DNA of 64,000 bases from Tubulanus polymorphus (taxonomy: Eukaryota; Animalia; Nemertea). Below the pieces are notes generated by a model. It made no database searches. It had not been told where the DNA came from and was given only the letters and a program-made list of their open reading frames with translations. The stretch lies in the NCBI RefSeq assembly GCF_964204645.1, contig NC_134029.1:5022001-5086000 (forward strand), in the 5' to 3' direction. This document shows, one piece after another, positions 46,984 through 60,500 of this stretch. The first letter of the stretch is position 1. Every line of letters begins with the position of its first letter. The translations under genes were made by a program, and so were the position numbers.

Positions 46984-49900
46984 CTCGAGGGTTGCACGTA
47001 CGTCAGAATGTACACAATATCAGAATCGTAAAGATTCGAGACGGTTTTTGGTTTTTAGTTTCAGAACTCACCTTGAGGATGCTTATCCACGGAAAAGGCG
47101 GTGTTTCTTGGCAACAGTAGCCGGAACAATATTCCGCACTTTGATAGAATAAATCTCTTTTCTAATCCGCTACGGTAGTTCACGGAGAAAAAGATAATCC
47201 ACGTTCGCTTAATCGTTGTTTCAGTTATTGTTCATATTCGTCTAATATATCGCAGACGTTCGTGTAAACTTCGTCCTTGTTTGTCACATACACGCGCCGC
47301 GCACGTCGGGTTACCGCGCCGGTGCACGAGTCGGTGAGATATCGAAGAAATTAACTTCGAATCGCGATACGCGATTAGTCCTAAAAATTCGCTCAGTCGG
47401 AGTGAAGTTGAAATTAGTCAATTCATTTACAGCGACCGATGCGAGATTGGAGCGAGTGCGGGAGAGAAATAGGCGCGATAGGTAATTACACACGTATCAC
47501 TCAGGTAGTGATGGCATGGAAAGAGAAGCCTGTGAATTGCTCGTCGCTTTTGTACGAATCATTCTCCTTACCGAACGACAGCCAAATGCCCACTGGCAGC
47601 AACAACAACAGCGCGAATATAGTCGATATATTCTCAAGATCGTATTATCGCGCGCAACCTGTTAGTCTCTGTCCACTCCGCCTTATAATTGCTCCTTTCC
47701 TAGAAAATAGAAAAAAAATCTGGATACGGAAGCGAATACCGAGTCGTATTTTCCTGGTCGTAGCGACGCGTTCGTGACCAATTCCTAATGGCCGTCATTT
47801 CTTCCAATTTCCTTCATGAACACAGACAGCGGAAAATGACGGTGAATATGGTTGAACCTTTTTTGTTGGAAAATATCGTCCATTTCCACTATGGCTGAAA
47901 CTGTGCTTTTGAGGGATAATTTTAAACAAATGGAATATGTATTTGGATTTAAAAAGTCAAATTATGATTTTCGAGATTACTCGTTCTGAACGTGGTTTAG
48001 AATCAAAGACACATTAAGAGCTATTGAAACAGATTTATCCGCCAAAGTATGATTAAGATTAATCCCACACCTCAGGACTAAAAAAAAAGTTTTAGGAATT
48101 GAATGTTTATTGAGACCACAACGTATCACTCCCTCCTCGGCTGATTTCAGCTATCATCATTACACACTTTTAATCTTCAAGTGCTATTAATTTCAACTAA
48201 ATCGATTTGAACTAGAACTGCTGTTTCATTGTAGAAAACCGAGCACAATGATGATATTGCCACCGTATGAAAATTGGTATGAGAATGATGAATGATGAAT
48301 AATATTTCTTTCGGTGAGCGCTCGACCCTGAAATTACTTGCGATAGAAATGCAAACTTCTGCCACCGAAGATCGAATTGTTTGTTGTTTTTTTTTTACCT
48401 CTTTAGATTGATAGATCCGAATAGCGATCGGTTTCCCTTGCAGCTGGTGATAATATCCGGAGATTGATTATGGCTCATCCAGACAATCGAGATTCACGTC
48501 CGGCTGACTCGGTTACCGCACGCTACTGACTGACGAATAGTCGGAGCAATGAGACTCGAACAGATGGGACAAATAACGCTCGGAATCACCGCTAGGTGCG
48601 CGCACGGCGTTCTGTTGCGTCAATTTTTACTAATAGCGGTAATTTGCTAACAATATTACGATCGCTTATCTTTCCGTGCATAATGATAAACGTACACGGA
48701 TCAATTATTTGAAAGTCAACTTGAAAAAAAACAGCAGCAGTACACGTATTGATGCATCTGCACGTCTATGCGGAGTGTGCATAACGAAATACTACTCATC
48801 ACCACAGGCGAACTTACTGGTTTCAAAGGTTTTTTCAGACGAATTGATTTTTGAATTCGCAGAAGCCGAATTCATACGTTTCAACGTAAATTACTGTATT
48901 GATTTTGGGTAATTTTTTACGGATCTAGAATCCAAGTCTTATACGACGTATTCATGTCAAAATGAGTTGATTTTCGGTCATTAAAAATCGTGAACTCAGG
49001 AGATTAAAAATGAATGGAAGCATATTGCTTAGGACACTGTTAACTTATCTCGACGCAAGTTCAGATCTTTTTGAAAATCGTTGTCAGATGCAATATTCTC
49101 ATAAGATATCCAATTTCCACCCACTCCCCTCGTGTATTCTATCAGGTCGATTATTTCGATTCTAGCGTTCCACGTGTGTTTACTTCGTTTTCCACTAAGT
49201 TGCTAGTACCCCGTATACCGTATACAGTTACGTCATAGCTAGAAATTTAGACACCATTGATATCATATATCATCATTTCCTGCTCATTGCTACGAAACAT
49301 ATCAGCATACAAAGAATTCAGCAGTCTACTATTTGCTCATGTATAAACCTAAGGGATTTTTCAATTGTTGATTTCTGGTCGAAAATGAGTTATTGCTTGC
49401 TTTATGTTTGCCGTGTGTTTTTGAGCTGAGCTCGTGGTATATACGACAATCTAAATGAATATATAAAATGGAATTAATCGCACAAGTGTTTCGCTCACAG
49501 AGACAAACGATAAATCAAATATATTAAATATTCATCGATATTACATTCCATTTACAAAAATAGCTAAGCACCAGTTTAGGTCCCTAACTGCAAACAGCTC
49601 GCGAACAGTACGAATTCTGTCGGCAATGTGGATATTAAACTTACATTTTACGCGGTGATGGATGATACGATAAATGGGAGGAGAAGAAAGGTCCGCCCGC
49701 AGACTGTCTTCCTACATTCATGTAAGATTCATCATTGGAAATATGGCCGATTATTGATGGAGCTTTGACATTAAAGACGTCGAACCATGTTTGAACGGAT
49801 CGTCGACAATGCACGAGAAAAAAACGATACAGCGAGCATGTAAAAAACGAACATGATATCAGGTTGAACAGAACATATACAATCTTGGTTTTTAGATTTC

Positions 49901-50522
49901 CATCTAATACAGCACAACGAGAATAATACATTTTTTGATTGGTTAGTGAGTAGTTTTCCTCTACTCGGATATTCATTTCCGCGTTCTCGCTGATGTTACA
50001 AGTATAAACGACAAAACCGAAAAAGGCAGTTCTGTCGGCGCTTTTTTCTGGACGACGAGCAAAACATAGTCTTTATTAAGCCTTTCGAGAACTCTATATC
50101 TACATCACCCTAAAAGCTAAAGACGCAGCTAAACAAGATTTCCTTATAACGTGAGTCAATAAGGCTAAAGTAGGTTTTTGTGTTCGGTTCTCTTGTATGT
50201 TCTGTTTACTGGTCTCTCTCTTTGCAAGAGCGTGTTGCTTGGATTTATTTCTCGTTCAGAAAACTGTCTGATGTCGGAAGTACTATACTCTTATAAGATA
50301 AATCCTAAGAAAGACAGTATCTAGACGTCTGACATCACGTTCGTTCTCTAATCCTCGAGACACTTTGAATATCCGTAGAACAAAAACTTGAAACAAACAT
50401 TTTAGCTTGCGTGCACAAGGTATTTTTATTATCTGGATTCATATAATAAAACTGCTGCAGAAACCAGCTGCAGGTAATTAAATTTTAGATCAGGTATGGT
50501 TGAGATCACATGTATCGGCGAT

Positions 50523-51915
50523 TCAGTTCCAGCCCCATTCATTGCTTTCAGCGCTTTCGTGGCTGTGCTGGTTGATTACAGTTATTTTACCCCCGCCAGT
50601 TCCAGGGCAATTTATCGTGTGAACTAACAAAAGCAAGATGGAAAATATGGATAAGGCATATATGGTATTATATCTAATATCATAGAACAAATATTAAATC
50701 GACAATGAAACCTTCCATAAAATATATAGCCTCCCATAAAAGAAAAGGCCTTAATAAGATCAGGGGATCGATTTTATAGACTAGTATTACCTTTTACCCG
50801 GGAGCTAATTCAATTGATAATGAATTGAATTAGCTTCCGGGCTAAGCGTAATACCAATCTATAAAACCGGCCCAGGGTTTTAGGAGGCAGCCATCTTTTT
50901 ATGGGAGGCGATTTTTTTAAAATTTATCTTTTTTTTCAACTCAACACTTCACTTTGAATTTCGATTATCTAACATAACCTACCGTTATTTTTCCTTTCGA
51001 ATGCCCACGGGGCGCGTTTAAATTCCCACTCGGAGATCACACCGTTACCTAAAACAGATATACCATTTGTTCAAAGTATTTTTCAAAATTTCGGGTGTTA
51101 CTTTTCCTTCCTCGGTCGGGCTTTGAGTCTGAAGAAGGGTGATAGTAACCACCCGAAATATTTCTAGTAATTTCAAATAAACGTTTTATGTCAATTTATG
51201 AATGTGCGATTTTACGTGGGGTTCTCACGTAACAAAACGTAGATTATCGTTACGGATCACCTATTAGTACCTTCCAAAAGATTTGCAGCATGGTTTGATT
51301 CAATTAATTAAATGACCAGTAAAGACCCGAACGAATACTTACGGTTTCGGTCAGCCAGTTGAAACATTCTCGATACGGCAGACGTGCTGACTTTAAGGGC
51401 TAGACTCAACTCCGTAAGCGTAAGATAATCGTTATCGTCCAGATCATAGTAGTCCATATCGGCTGGCAGCGGAATATTGCGACCTTGAACCTGTAAGACA
51501 TAATCAAACTGAATGAAAAACGAATTATCTCGATCTGAAAATTCTACGATAGTATTTTCAAAACGCTTATCGAAAAACGAGAGGAGATATCAAGACGAAT
51601 CATTGTAAATCGGTCATCGTTCTACTAATTGGAATAAATGGTCCCACGGGGCTTTCGGCATTCAATACTAACCCCTACAGCGCGCTTCTGTCTTTCGTGC
51701 GGGCACAGATTACGGTAATGGATAGCGCACAGTCCATCCACTCTACAGAACCAGGCACACAAATGCGGACACTGTTGTGTCAAACTGGCTGTTTCGTTAA
51801 AGACGACGGGTTTGTGTTGATCAGGTTTATGAGGCATAGGCGACGGTTTCGCCGGCACGACGAGCCCGTGCGCGATAGAAAACGCGACAACCAAAAATAT
51901 CAGCGTTAACTTCAT
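50523..51915 (-). CDS. Secreted Cys-rich peptide / EF-hand precursor, paralog A (~183 aa)
   Basis: Coding exons 51915-51679, 51490-51343, 51048-50983, 50623-50523, phases consistent. Non-coding exon 1 ends at 52160. Product: signal peptide MKLTLIFLVVAFSIAHG, CPHLCAWFCRVDGLCAIHYRNLC, furin site RQKR, EF loops DLDDNDYLTLTE and DRNRNGVISEWE, then FKRAPW. AATAAA at 50425-50430 (-). Confidence 0.85.
50764..50872. mobile_element. Palindromic MITE (CAG TSD) in the last intron of paralog A
   Basis: Homologous to 34588-34696 and flanked by CAG/CAG. Confidence 0.7.
51088..51163 (+). mobile_element. Degenerate Penelope-type inverted repeat with a hammerhead-like core
   Basis: CTGAAGA-A-GGGTG(atagtaac)CACCC-GAAA-TATTT at 51129-51163, preceded by a decayed inverted copy (ATTTCGGGTG-TTACT..CCTTC, ~51088-51110). 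Stem I is not intact. Confidence 0.5.
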
Positions 51916-52219
51916 CGTTATCCTGAAAATAAACAATGCAAAATCCGATACGGTTCAGGGATGTGGTAGTATAGGTGCAAATCCTGAGATAATTTCTACA
52001 ATAGCTCTTAAATAGATTCTATGATTATATATTGGTGACTATATGTGACTGAATTAAATAAACTAACTATGTAAAATGTAGAAAAATGATTCAGTTATTT
52101 TAGCTGAAACGATAAGCCACACATAACCAACTTACTGCTTGAAGCACTTGAAAACATACCTTGCTTGAAGAATTGTTGCAGTTCTACAAAGCTCCTTTTC
52201 TCGGTTGTCAAATAATGCG

Positions 52220-52940
52220 TTCTGAATTCCGGTCCGAAAGAAACTTATTTATACCATTTCGTTGAAGTGGAATTCCCATTTTTATCTGCCCGCTGTGATT
52301 CAGCAATTTGATAGTCTGAAAAACATTTTTATCGCAGACATAAATTGAACAAAGTTCAAGACATTTTTCAAGAGTTTTTTGTTCGGACGAGTAGTGAAAT
52401 TTTTAAGGCCATCGATGATTCTAGAATGAATTGAATATCTTCGATTTTATAAACCGTTTGAATAATGAATTTGAAACTGAATGCAATAACAAAATAATGT
52501 TCCTAAGCACTAGAAATTCTTTTGTGAATCTAATTACAAATAGAAAAGTTGTCAACCTGAAAAAAACGCTTCAAGCAAGTAAAAAAAGAAACTGTTTTTT
52601 TAAACTCGATCAATATCTTAACTGTGGGCATTATCAAAAGTGCCGTTTGCTACTAAACGACTAAATTGTCAAATTAGTAGAAAGACTAACGCCAGACATT
52701 AAACAGGATTACACTCAATAACTGCCATAAAACCTATTTTTTGAAATTGAATATCTCCTTGAAACGTGACTCGTAAATGTCTTAATCGATATTTTGTCTT
52801 TTCGATTTACGTCATCGGGATGGTTCGATCACTCTAAAACACTTGAATTTGAACCTTTCAAGTGGCTCAGTCTAGATTAATGTGTAAAACCCACTACATT
52901 CGACCAGTATAAAATGATGCTCGGTTATCGGGATATTCAC
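52220..52940. promoter_or_regulatory. Shared divergent promoter of the two peptide/EF-hand genes
   Basis: TATAAATA on - at 52246-52253 and TATAAAA on + at 52908-52914, each about 30 nt upstream of a short non-coding first exon that ends in a good donor (AAG|GTATG at 52160, AAG|GTAATG at 52999). Confidence 0.7.
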
Positions 52941-53200
52941 ATTGAATTCGGCGAAAGTGAGTGTACACTACAGTAGAAGATCTAACGACAAGAATCAAGG
53001 TAATGGCAAATGAATTCTGCATATTTTTTTAGCGCTGAAAATTCCAAATTATCCTTTGTACCATGCAAAATTCGACTCATTCTTTCATGATATTCTAACT
53101 TTTCACGTTATTCCCTCCCTTATAAAATCCTGGGGTTATTTTTTGCGGCTGAAAGGTAGCATGTCCTAATCATACTCTTTTCCACATTTTCGCAGTCAAC

Positions 53201-54529
53201 ATGAAGTTCGCATTGTTGCTACCGATCGTTGCTATGGTGACATTGTTTGGATACAGCGCCGCTGATTGCAAACGTGAATGTGAATTACAATGCGTGCTGG
53301 AGGATGGTGAACGAAGATGTGATGCCCCTTGTCCAATTAGATGCGGAAAAGTCAGATCAAAGAGAAACATTTCATTCCTGAAGGTAGTAAACCGTATCCA
53401 CGTTTCATTCATCATTGTTCTCTACTATAAATCCTCTTTTATTGAATTATTGTTATAGTTATATATAGTTTATTTCCACAAGAAATTGCAACAAATTCTA
53501 TGTTTATAAAGGATGTTCCAATGTCAGTGGTAGGTGCTCATTTAAAGCAAGGTTGCTTGTCGGGTATGAGACACCTATCCCTCACACGCATTCAAAACAC
53601 ATATACTCACCAGGCATTAGTTCGATTATCTTGTTTCATTCTCATCAATCTGAATCCAGTTCTACAGTTAAAATATGAACATGTCCCGGCCTTTCATCCA
53701 GGTCTTTGATCTAAAACATGTACGCTATTTTACATTATTTTGGCCTTTTTTTGTAGCAAAATGGAATTCACGTTTCGAGGTTTCCAGTCGATATGGACTT
53801 TTACGACATCAACGATGACGATCGCATTTACCCCCGGGAACTCAGCTTGGCTTTGAACGTACCTGCAAAACAGGTTATGCAGATGTTTCGAGCAGCCGAT
53901 CTCGACCGTAAGTTTGAATTTAACGCTCCTGATGGCCCACTCGAATGAGGACTCAATGAGTTGTCAGTATGGTCTGATATCTGTTTAACTAGTTTTCTTA
54001 TTCAACAGGCAACGGTTACATCAGTGAGAATGAATTCAAAAGGGCACCATGGAGATTTGAAAACAAAAATAAAAGTTAGTATACATGTGGGCTTTAGGGA
54101 TATCAATATTGCATATGTAATTCGTTTCAAACTCGCTATTAAAGCGCTTATGGGCACGACAAAGTTCTTTTCCAATTTCTGGTGCAGTTTATATAAATGA
54201 ACAATCAATTCACCATGATTCAATTCCATGAACGTGGATGGACGAGGCCACTTGACAAATAGTTGAATTTCATTTGATTTGTTGCTTATTCACGTGATTT
54301 TGTCTCTATAAATCGATGTACATACTAATTGGAAATTCTTCGGTTCTAATCAATATCGTATCAATATTGTTCACTTGATTTTATATATATATATATATAC
54401 ATTCAAACAAACAATCAAGACGCATCTTGATAATGATGAACTTTGATGTTTTTTTCAGTAAACGGAGTTCTTTGCCAAAATATCGGTCACGGAACACACG
54501 CTGTTATTGTCAACTCAGATGGAGATTAA
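53201..54529 (+). CDS. Secreted Cys-rich peptide / EF-hand precursor, paralog B (~156 aa)
   Basis: Coding exons 53201-53383, 53757-53907, 54009-54074, 54459-54529. Non-coding exon 1 ends at 52999. Product: signal peptide MKFALLLPIVAMVTLFGYSAA, DCKRECELQCVLEDGERRCDAPCPIRC, furin site RSKR, EF loops DINDDDRIYPRE and DLDRNGYISENE, then FKRAPW. Same intron phases and same 66-nt third coding exon as paralog A. AATAAA at 54639-54644. Confidence 0.87.
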
Positions 54530-57500
54530 AGGATGTAATCCGCTATCATTTAAAGAATTCTCGGATCGATTATTATAATGTATTAGTTTAGTGTATAGTT
54601 TGATGTCCGTGGCTGGTTCCACGATTATCAGAGAGATAAATAAACTACGCCAATATCCTTCATGTTTTATGATGTTTTGTGTCGGTTATTTTGATGTATC
54701 GGCAGTCGGCGTGATGTTTATCGTGTTTGAGTGTACGCAATAACGCCACCTTGTTCGTGCCAATAAAGAAATAGGTTCGAATCTTTGCAGGGAGAACTCA
54801 TCGACCGCGAGACGCTCAGATATGAGGCATGGAAATTGTGGAACCTTGACATTCTATAATAAAAGAACAAGGCATCTAAATCATTTATTCTATTAAAGTT
54901 TAAATGATATGCTGATGTTAAACGAATCTAACGGTGCGGAGGCTGATATGTAATAGCATGCATGTAGAAACTCATATTCTAGAAAAACTAATAATACTAA
55001 TAGGGGCCTAGCTATTTACCGGGATGCGCCGGCTTACCTGAGCCGGCGACCCGTCGTTGTCTATCGTATCGTCGGTGACTTGAGTAATTGCTACCCTACG
55101 CCATCGATAAGGCCATTAATCTTAGCAATTCCACCTTCTGTCATCTAAAGTAATCCCGCATGATATCCCCAATTCAGCCCAATCATCGATCTTGTCTTCC
55201 GCAGCCTAACACTGGTCATTAATGCCCATTACGATGGCCGAATATACATTTTTCCTTTTCATGCATCGCACGTGAATTCCCTGTCCATTTCTATTCCTTA
55301 TATCAGATTTCGTCTTCATCGATATAAGCATCTCTCCGTATACAAGGTGTCTTAAAAGATGTGTTTTAAGATAAAGCGCGCGTTCATTAACTATAATTGC
55401 AATTGATTTTTTTGGAGGGGGTAAGTTTGGCGGACCTAGTAAGCCACTTAATTGTTGGGATAGTTACTGATTTTGTGAAAAGATGTGAGGGAAATGAGAC
55501 GTCCAGCTGAACGGTGCATTGGTAAAATGGTTGCCATATTGAACAAGTTCTGTAGCGGCTTAGTAAGTAATGAGACCCAACAATGTTATTAACGAGAAAT
55601 CTGTCTCAGTTGATTTAATTGTCAATTAATTGTCATGTCTCAAACCACAGCTTGTCACTCACTCATCAATAAACACACACAATGGAAACATCCTTATTTC
55701 TTCTTTTGGTTGGACTCCATTTTACGACTCGACGTTAGTGCTCAGCTACAAATTACTTATTATTGCATTCTGATAACCCATCCTCAAGTAAATATCCAGG
55801 TCTACCATCCATACCCCCCCCCCTTAAAAAGAAATTGATTGCAATTATAGTTGAATAGAAAAGCTTTGATAACACTTTCTTTAGACACCACAATGTAGTT
55901 AATCGCACACAAGGACATCGATGAGGAATGGGTCGACAAGATCAGAAACATCTTTTGCATCTTTCTATTTGGCTTAGATTTCTACCAATTAGAGATTATT
56001 ATAAAAGCTGTATAACCATAGACCTAGAGCCTTCCATAAAATACGACTGCCTTCTAAGTCCCCATTTTATGACATCATCTAGTGATTGGATATTCTCAGC
56101 CATGTTCTGGAACAGTCTTTAGATCCTATCACTAGTGGGGGACGATTTGATGAGGATACTAAAATGGCAGCTACATTTTATGGAAGTTCTTTGTAAGCGT
56201 CGCTAGCACAGTCATTTATGGACTATCTGATCTCGCAGTAGTCAAGCAGGGAGTGTTCACACCTATCGTTATAAGTAATTATCTTCATATCATATGTCTT
56301 CTCGCGTTGTGGTTCACACCAACATTGCTCTCATTTGCACTAGACTTCTAGGTAGATCAGCTTCTTGGATATACGTGCGCCATGCGTGACAAGGTTGGGA
56401 CAAAGGAAAAGTTCATTTCGCAGTTCGCTTGCAGGAACAGCCGTTCCAAACAGACAAGTGCGTATTCGGTCCTGCCTCGAATATTCGTAGCTACGGGCGT
56501 GTTAACAATGTTCCTTTAATTTCCTATTTCACTCGAATGACAACATCAAAGCAATACACCGTTGCAAGTTAATCAGGTGTAAGTGGCTTTTGAAGCCTGG
56601 GGTTAAAAAAGCATTCAGAACTTAAACGAAAGCCGAGGCAGAACGAATGAAATTAGCTATAATTTTCACATAGCAAGAATAATCTAATACAAACTTCTGA
56701 TTGGGATATTCATACATCAAGCAAGCTGTAAAGTTTTTCTATATATATGGTGAAATGAAGTCAGGTGGATGCGCTGTAAAAATCGCTTCGAATACAGATA
56801 GCACTTTGTTCATTTACCTTGATTTTGAACTTTATATGCATAATCTATTGGGTCGCAAAATCCGCCCTTGCAAAGATATATTACTAAAGATGATCGAGCC
56901 CTTTCTAAAGTATAATATGTGGGTTGTTTACGACTCATCGGTCAGAATAAGCTACTCGGAATTTAATTTCATCAGCGAAAGCCCCTAACATTTCCCCTTC
57001 TATGTATGAAACATGGCTCTTGCAGTTCGACAATGGTTTTGCACGGTTTTACGCCAGATGTAACTTCACTCTGAATTTGTTCTAATAATGAAATCACGAT
57101 CATCTTGCGTTATCGTCGATTCTGCTGGTCGCTTTTAGGAGATGAAATATATAATCGAATCATTGATCCTCGTGATCACCAATTTTCCGATCTACAATCG
57201 CTTGTTCGAGGTAATCAACAGTCAAGATTCATTAACTTCTCATCAATCAACTTTGCTTCCACAAGTCACATGTTATACGTCGGGAAACCGACGCGTTTTT
57301 GTCGGCTGAATTTGCGGTTTCGACTCTCGTAATGACATACCAAAAAGGCTGATCTATTTTTGATTGCGACATAATACTATATCAAGCAGTGATTTATCCT
57401 CCGCATCGGCTCAAAGACTGTTCGATATTTGTCGACATATTTCGTATATTTCTTTGAGTAAACGCATTGCAAACCCTTTAAGCGAACGCGACGAAGACTT

Positions 57501-60500
57501 CGACGTATATTTTCTTACTTTATATTCTTGTCATGGGAGGTTTAGCTTCACTCGGATCTTTCAACAAATGATAATTCTAGTTCTCTTTATTTGTCTAAGT
57601 TTCCAGAATTGCTAAAATGTTTAATTAGAAATTAAATATTAAACCCTACCAATTCCTACAAGAATCATGATGCATTAAATACTTAGAATTAGTTTTGAAT
57701 TGGCCACTAGATAAGTCTCCTGCTTCTTCATTCTTCGTGATCGTATGATATTTAGATCTGTTTTCGAGCGGACAGTGGTTGTCTTCGCTGTGTGAATTAT
57801 TGATATTATCCTGTCGTCGCAAGAGTTCTCTCGGTTTACATATAATTCGAATTAGTGTGCGAACTGTGTATGTGACTGCGTATGCTTAAAGGTCAAATGC
57901 GCAGCGCGTGAAGATAGATGCGGTCACTTAAACTTATGCTGAAGTTCTGAACTTCAATCTTTAAAATCTCATTATCACAAAATCAAGTGGCTGGAAATAG
58001 AGTTGTCACATCGGTTCGTAGAGGCTTATCATAAATATACCCTCTTCAGTACACAAGCTTCATGCGGCATATAATTCGAAAACCGATGATGCAATAAAAC
58101 TATTAGCCACAGTCTTGACAATACTGTAACCCATCAATAACACATGTCAGTAGACTAATGCGTGATTTTACTGCGACCTAATGGTAAAAGCATCATTTCG
58201 AAATATAAGCAAAACATTCTGGCGCGTACTAATGCACTTCGGTTTGATCGTCTGGACATAATATGGATCGCGGAATTAAAAATAACATGCTAGTGTATAA
58301 TCAATCCTGAATGTAGTATATTCGTTCATTTTCTGGATCTAATTCAGAATATGTCAATATTGGCCCTAGATTTTTGAATGAGTCCAGCGCACCTAGCAGC
58401 TCGTCGATTACCAGACTCGGTCATTACTCGGGTGGCTTATATTACCTTATCAAACGGTTTCGACGATCGTACACAACTTTTGCGTCGGGTTTTCTGTCAG
58501 AGAACGGTTCATTATAATATTATTCGAGCAATTATCCGCGCGAATGGTCGTTTATGAGAGCCGACGATTGCTTATAGACAAGAACCGATGATCGATGATC
58601 AATGGATATTGAGGATTGAAGATGTACTTGACCACTTCGACGATTGTCTCCCTAATTGATGCAGGTTTAAGGTCTCATTCGAGACTGCTGACAAGATGAA
58701 TAGGGATTACGTTAATCTTTTAATTACTCACTTAGCCAGTCGATTTTATCATTAGAATTTGTATACGATTGAAAATTACAAGCAGTCCCGTCAGATATTC
58801 GCATAAACACGATGATTACGTTTGGGAAATGATTGTTTTTTTTTTAAGTTTCAGGCTGATCAGACTTTTTCGATCTGGTCGGTTCTTTATTTAATTAATC
58901 ATGGCGTATTGCGCAGTGCAGCGAAGATACGTCGACAAGATCCCATTCACAACCAGTGCATGGAACCTCTCGGGTTTCTTACCGTTGATTTTGCAAGAAT
59001 AACGCGAAGACTCGGAGCCGGTGTATATCGAGGCGTAAGACGACACCGAGGAACCGAGGAAGGCGAACGTATACCAACTTCAATGGCGATGAAAACCAGA
59101 ACGCTCGCTACCATAACCGTATCAAATTCAATAGGGTTCGCGCAACGAACGTCGTGAGGGGAGACCAGGTTTTGATCAGAATACCATACAATAAACTGCT
59201 CAGAATGAACACGTGCATGTTGTCGGGGTTTCAAATACAGTTCATATTCAGTATTTCCATCACGATTGCAAACAACTGTAAAGATTGATCTATTGGTCCA
59301 AGTTCGGGATTCGTTGATTGAACATGTATATGTCTAGGCCTACCCCGGTGCAAGGCAACATGTGAACTCTACCTCTCTTCGTGTGTGAATCTTCGTTTGC
59401 CTTGTAAAAAAGGATTATTTCTAGCCATAAGCAGGAATCGATTATTACGTTCGAATACATAAGATTAAGAAAAGTAGCAGTACAATCAAAAACATCTAAA
59501 TAAGAATCACGATCAACGTTTTCGCTTCATATCAAATGTTACTATATTCTCGCTTCATTTATTCTCCCTAATACTATTCCTGAAACCATTTTTTGAGAAT
59601 AATCATATTGTTTGATATAGAAACTAAGCCGTCTAAATGTGCGCAGGTGTTCTCGTTTAATGCATCGTTGTCATTTCGATTGCGAATATATACTATGGTT
59701 ATTTCGATATTTCGTGACTGTGGAATTTTTACGCGCGAACCTATTCACAATATTGATGTCACGTAAAGCAATAAGTAATAATCAAATATCCAGGTTTATG
59801 CGCATACGCAGTCATCACTAAAGTGGCTTTTACGCCTTCAGCGTCACTGTTCACCGATATATTGCTTTCAACTGGTTTCTAGCGCAAAGTCGATTGTGTC
59901 CCATGTAAGTCCAGACCGGAGGCATTTAATCAGGAGTTACGACGTGCATTTCGTCCCGATATACGTAATGAAGCAAACAGGTTTTTTTAGGCAAACGATG
60001 TCTTCATCTGGGAAGATATAATTTGCTCAACGATCGTGACTGTTATTTGGAGAATAATATCTTTAAGTCACCTCTGCAAGGAATTCATCAACGAATGATA
60101 TTGGACGCCTTGCAAAAAAACAAGACAGCAAGAAATGCGGACGATACTGTCGTCATGATAGCCGCGTTGAACTGTAGAATATTGCTCCATTTTCTCGGCG
60201 GCGTGCTCGAAGAAAAGGTTTCATCTGATCACGCGAAAAGCGCAGAAAATCCGCCCTGGAAATGTAATCCGAGGCATTCACGGTTAGCTCATCACCCGGA
60301 CGTCTGCGCTTAATCTGCTCCTGTCGCTGTGAGTTAAAGGATATCCTCCATGATTGATAGCATCAATTGGATCACAGCTTCTTACTACATGAGCCACAAG
60401 TACCGCCTAAATCAAACGACATAAGATATCTGTGGCCGAAGAATGACGGTAACAAATGGCATCGCTGGGATGAGCACTGTCTTGTGTCGACAGTTAGCCA

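Noticed and set aside
46013-47152. Several + strand ORFs
   Set aside because: Antisense shadows of the PKA-RII CDS with no protein motifs.
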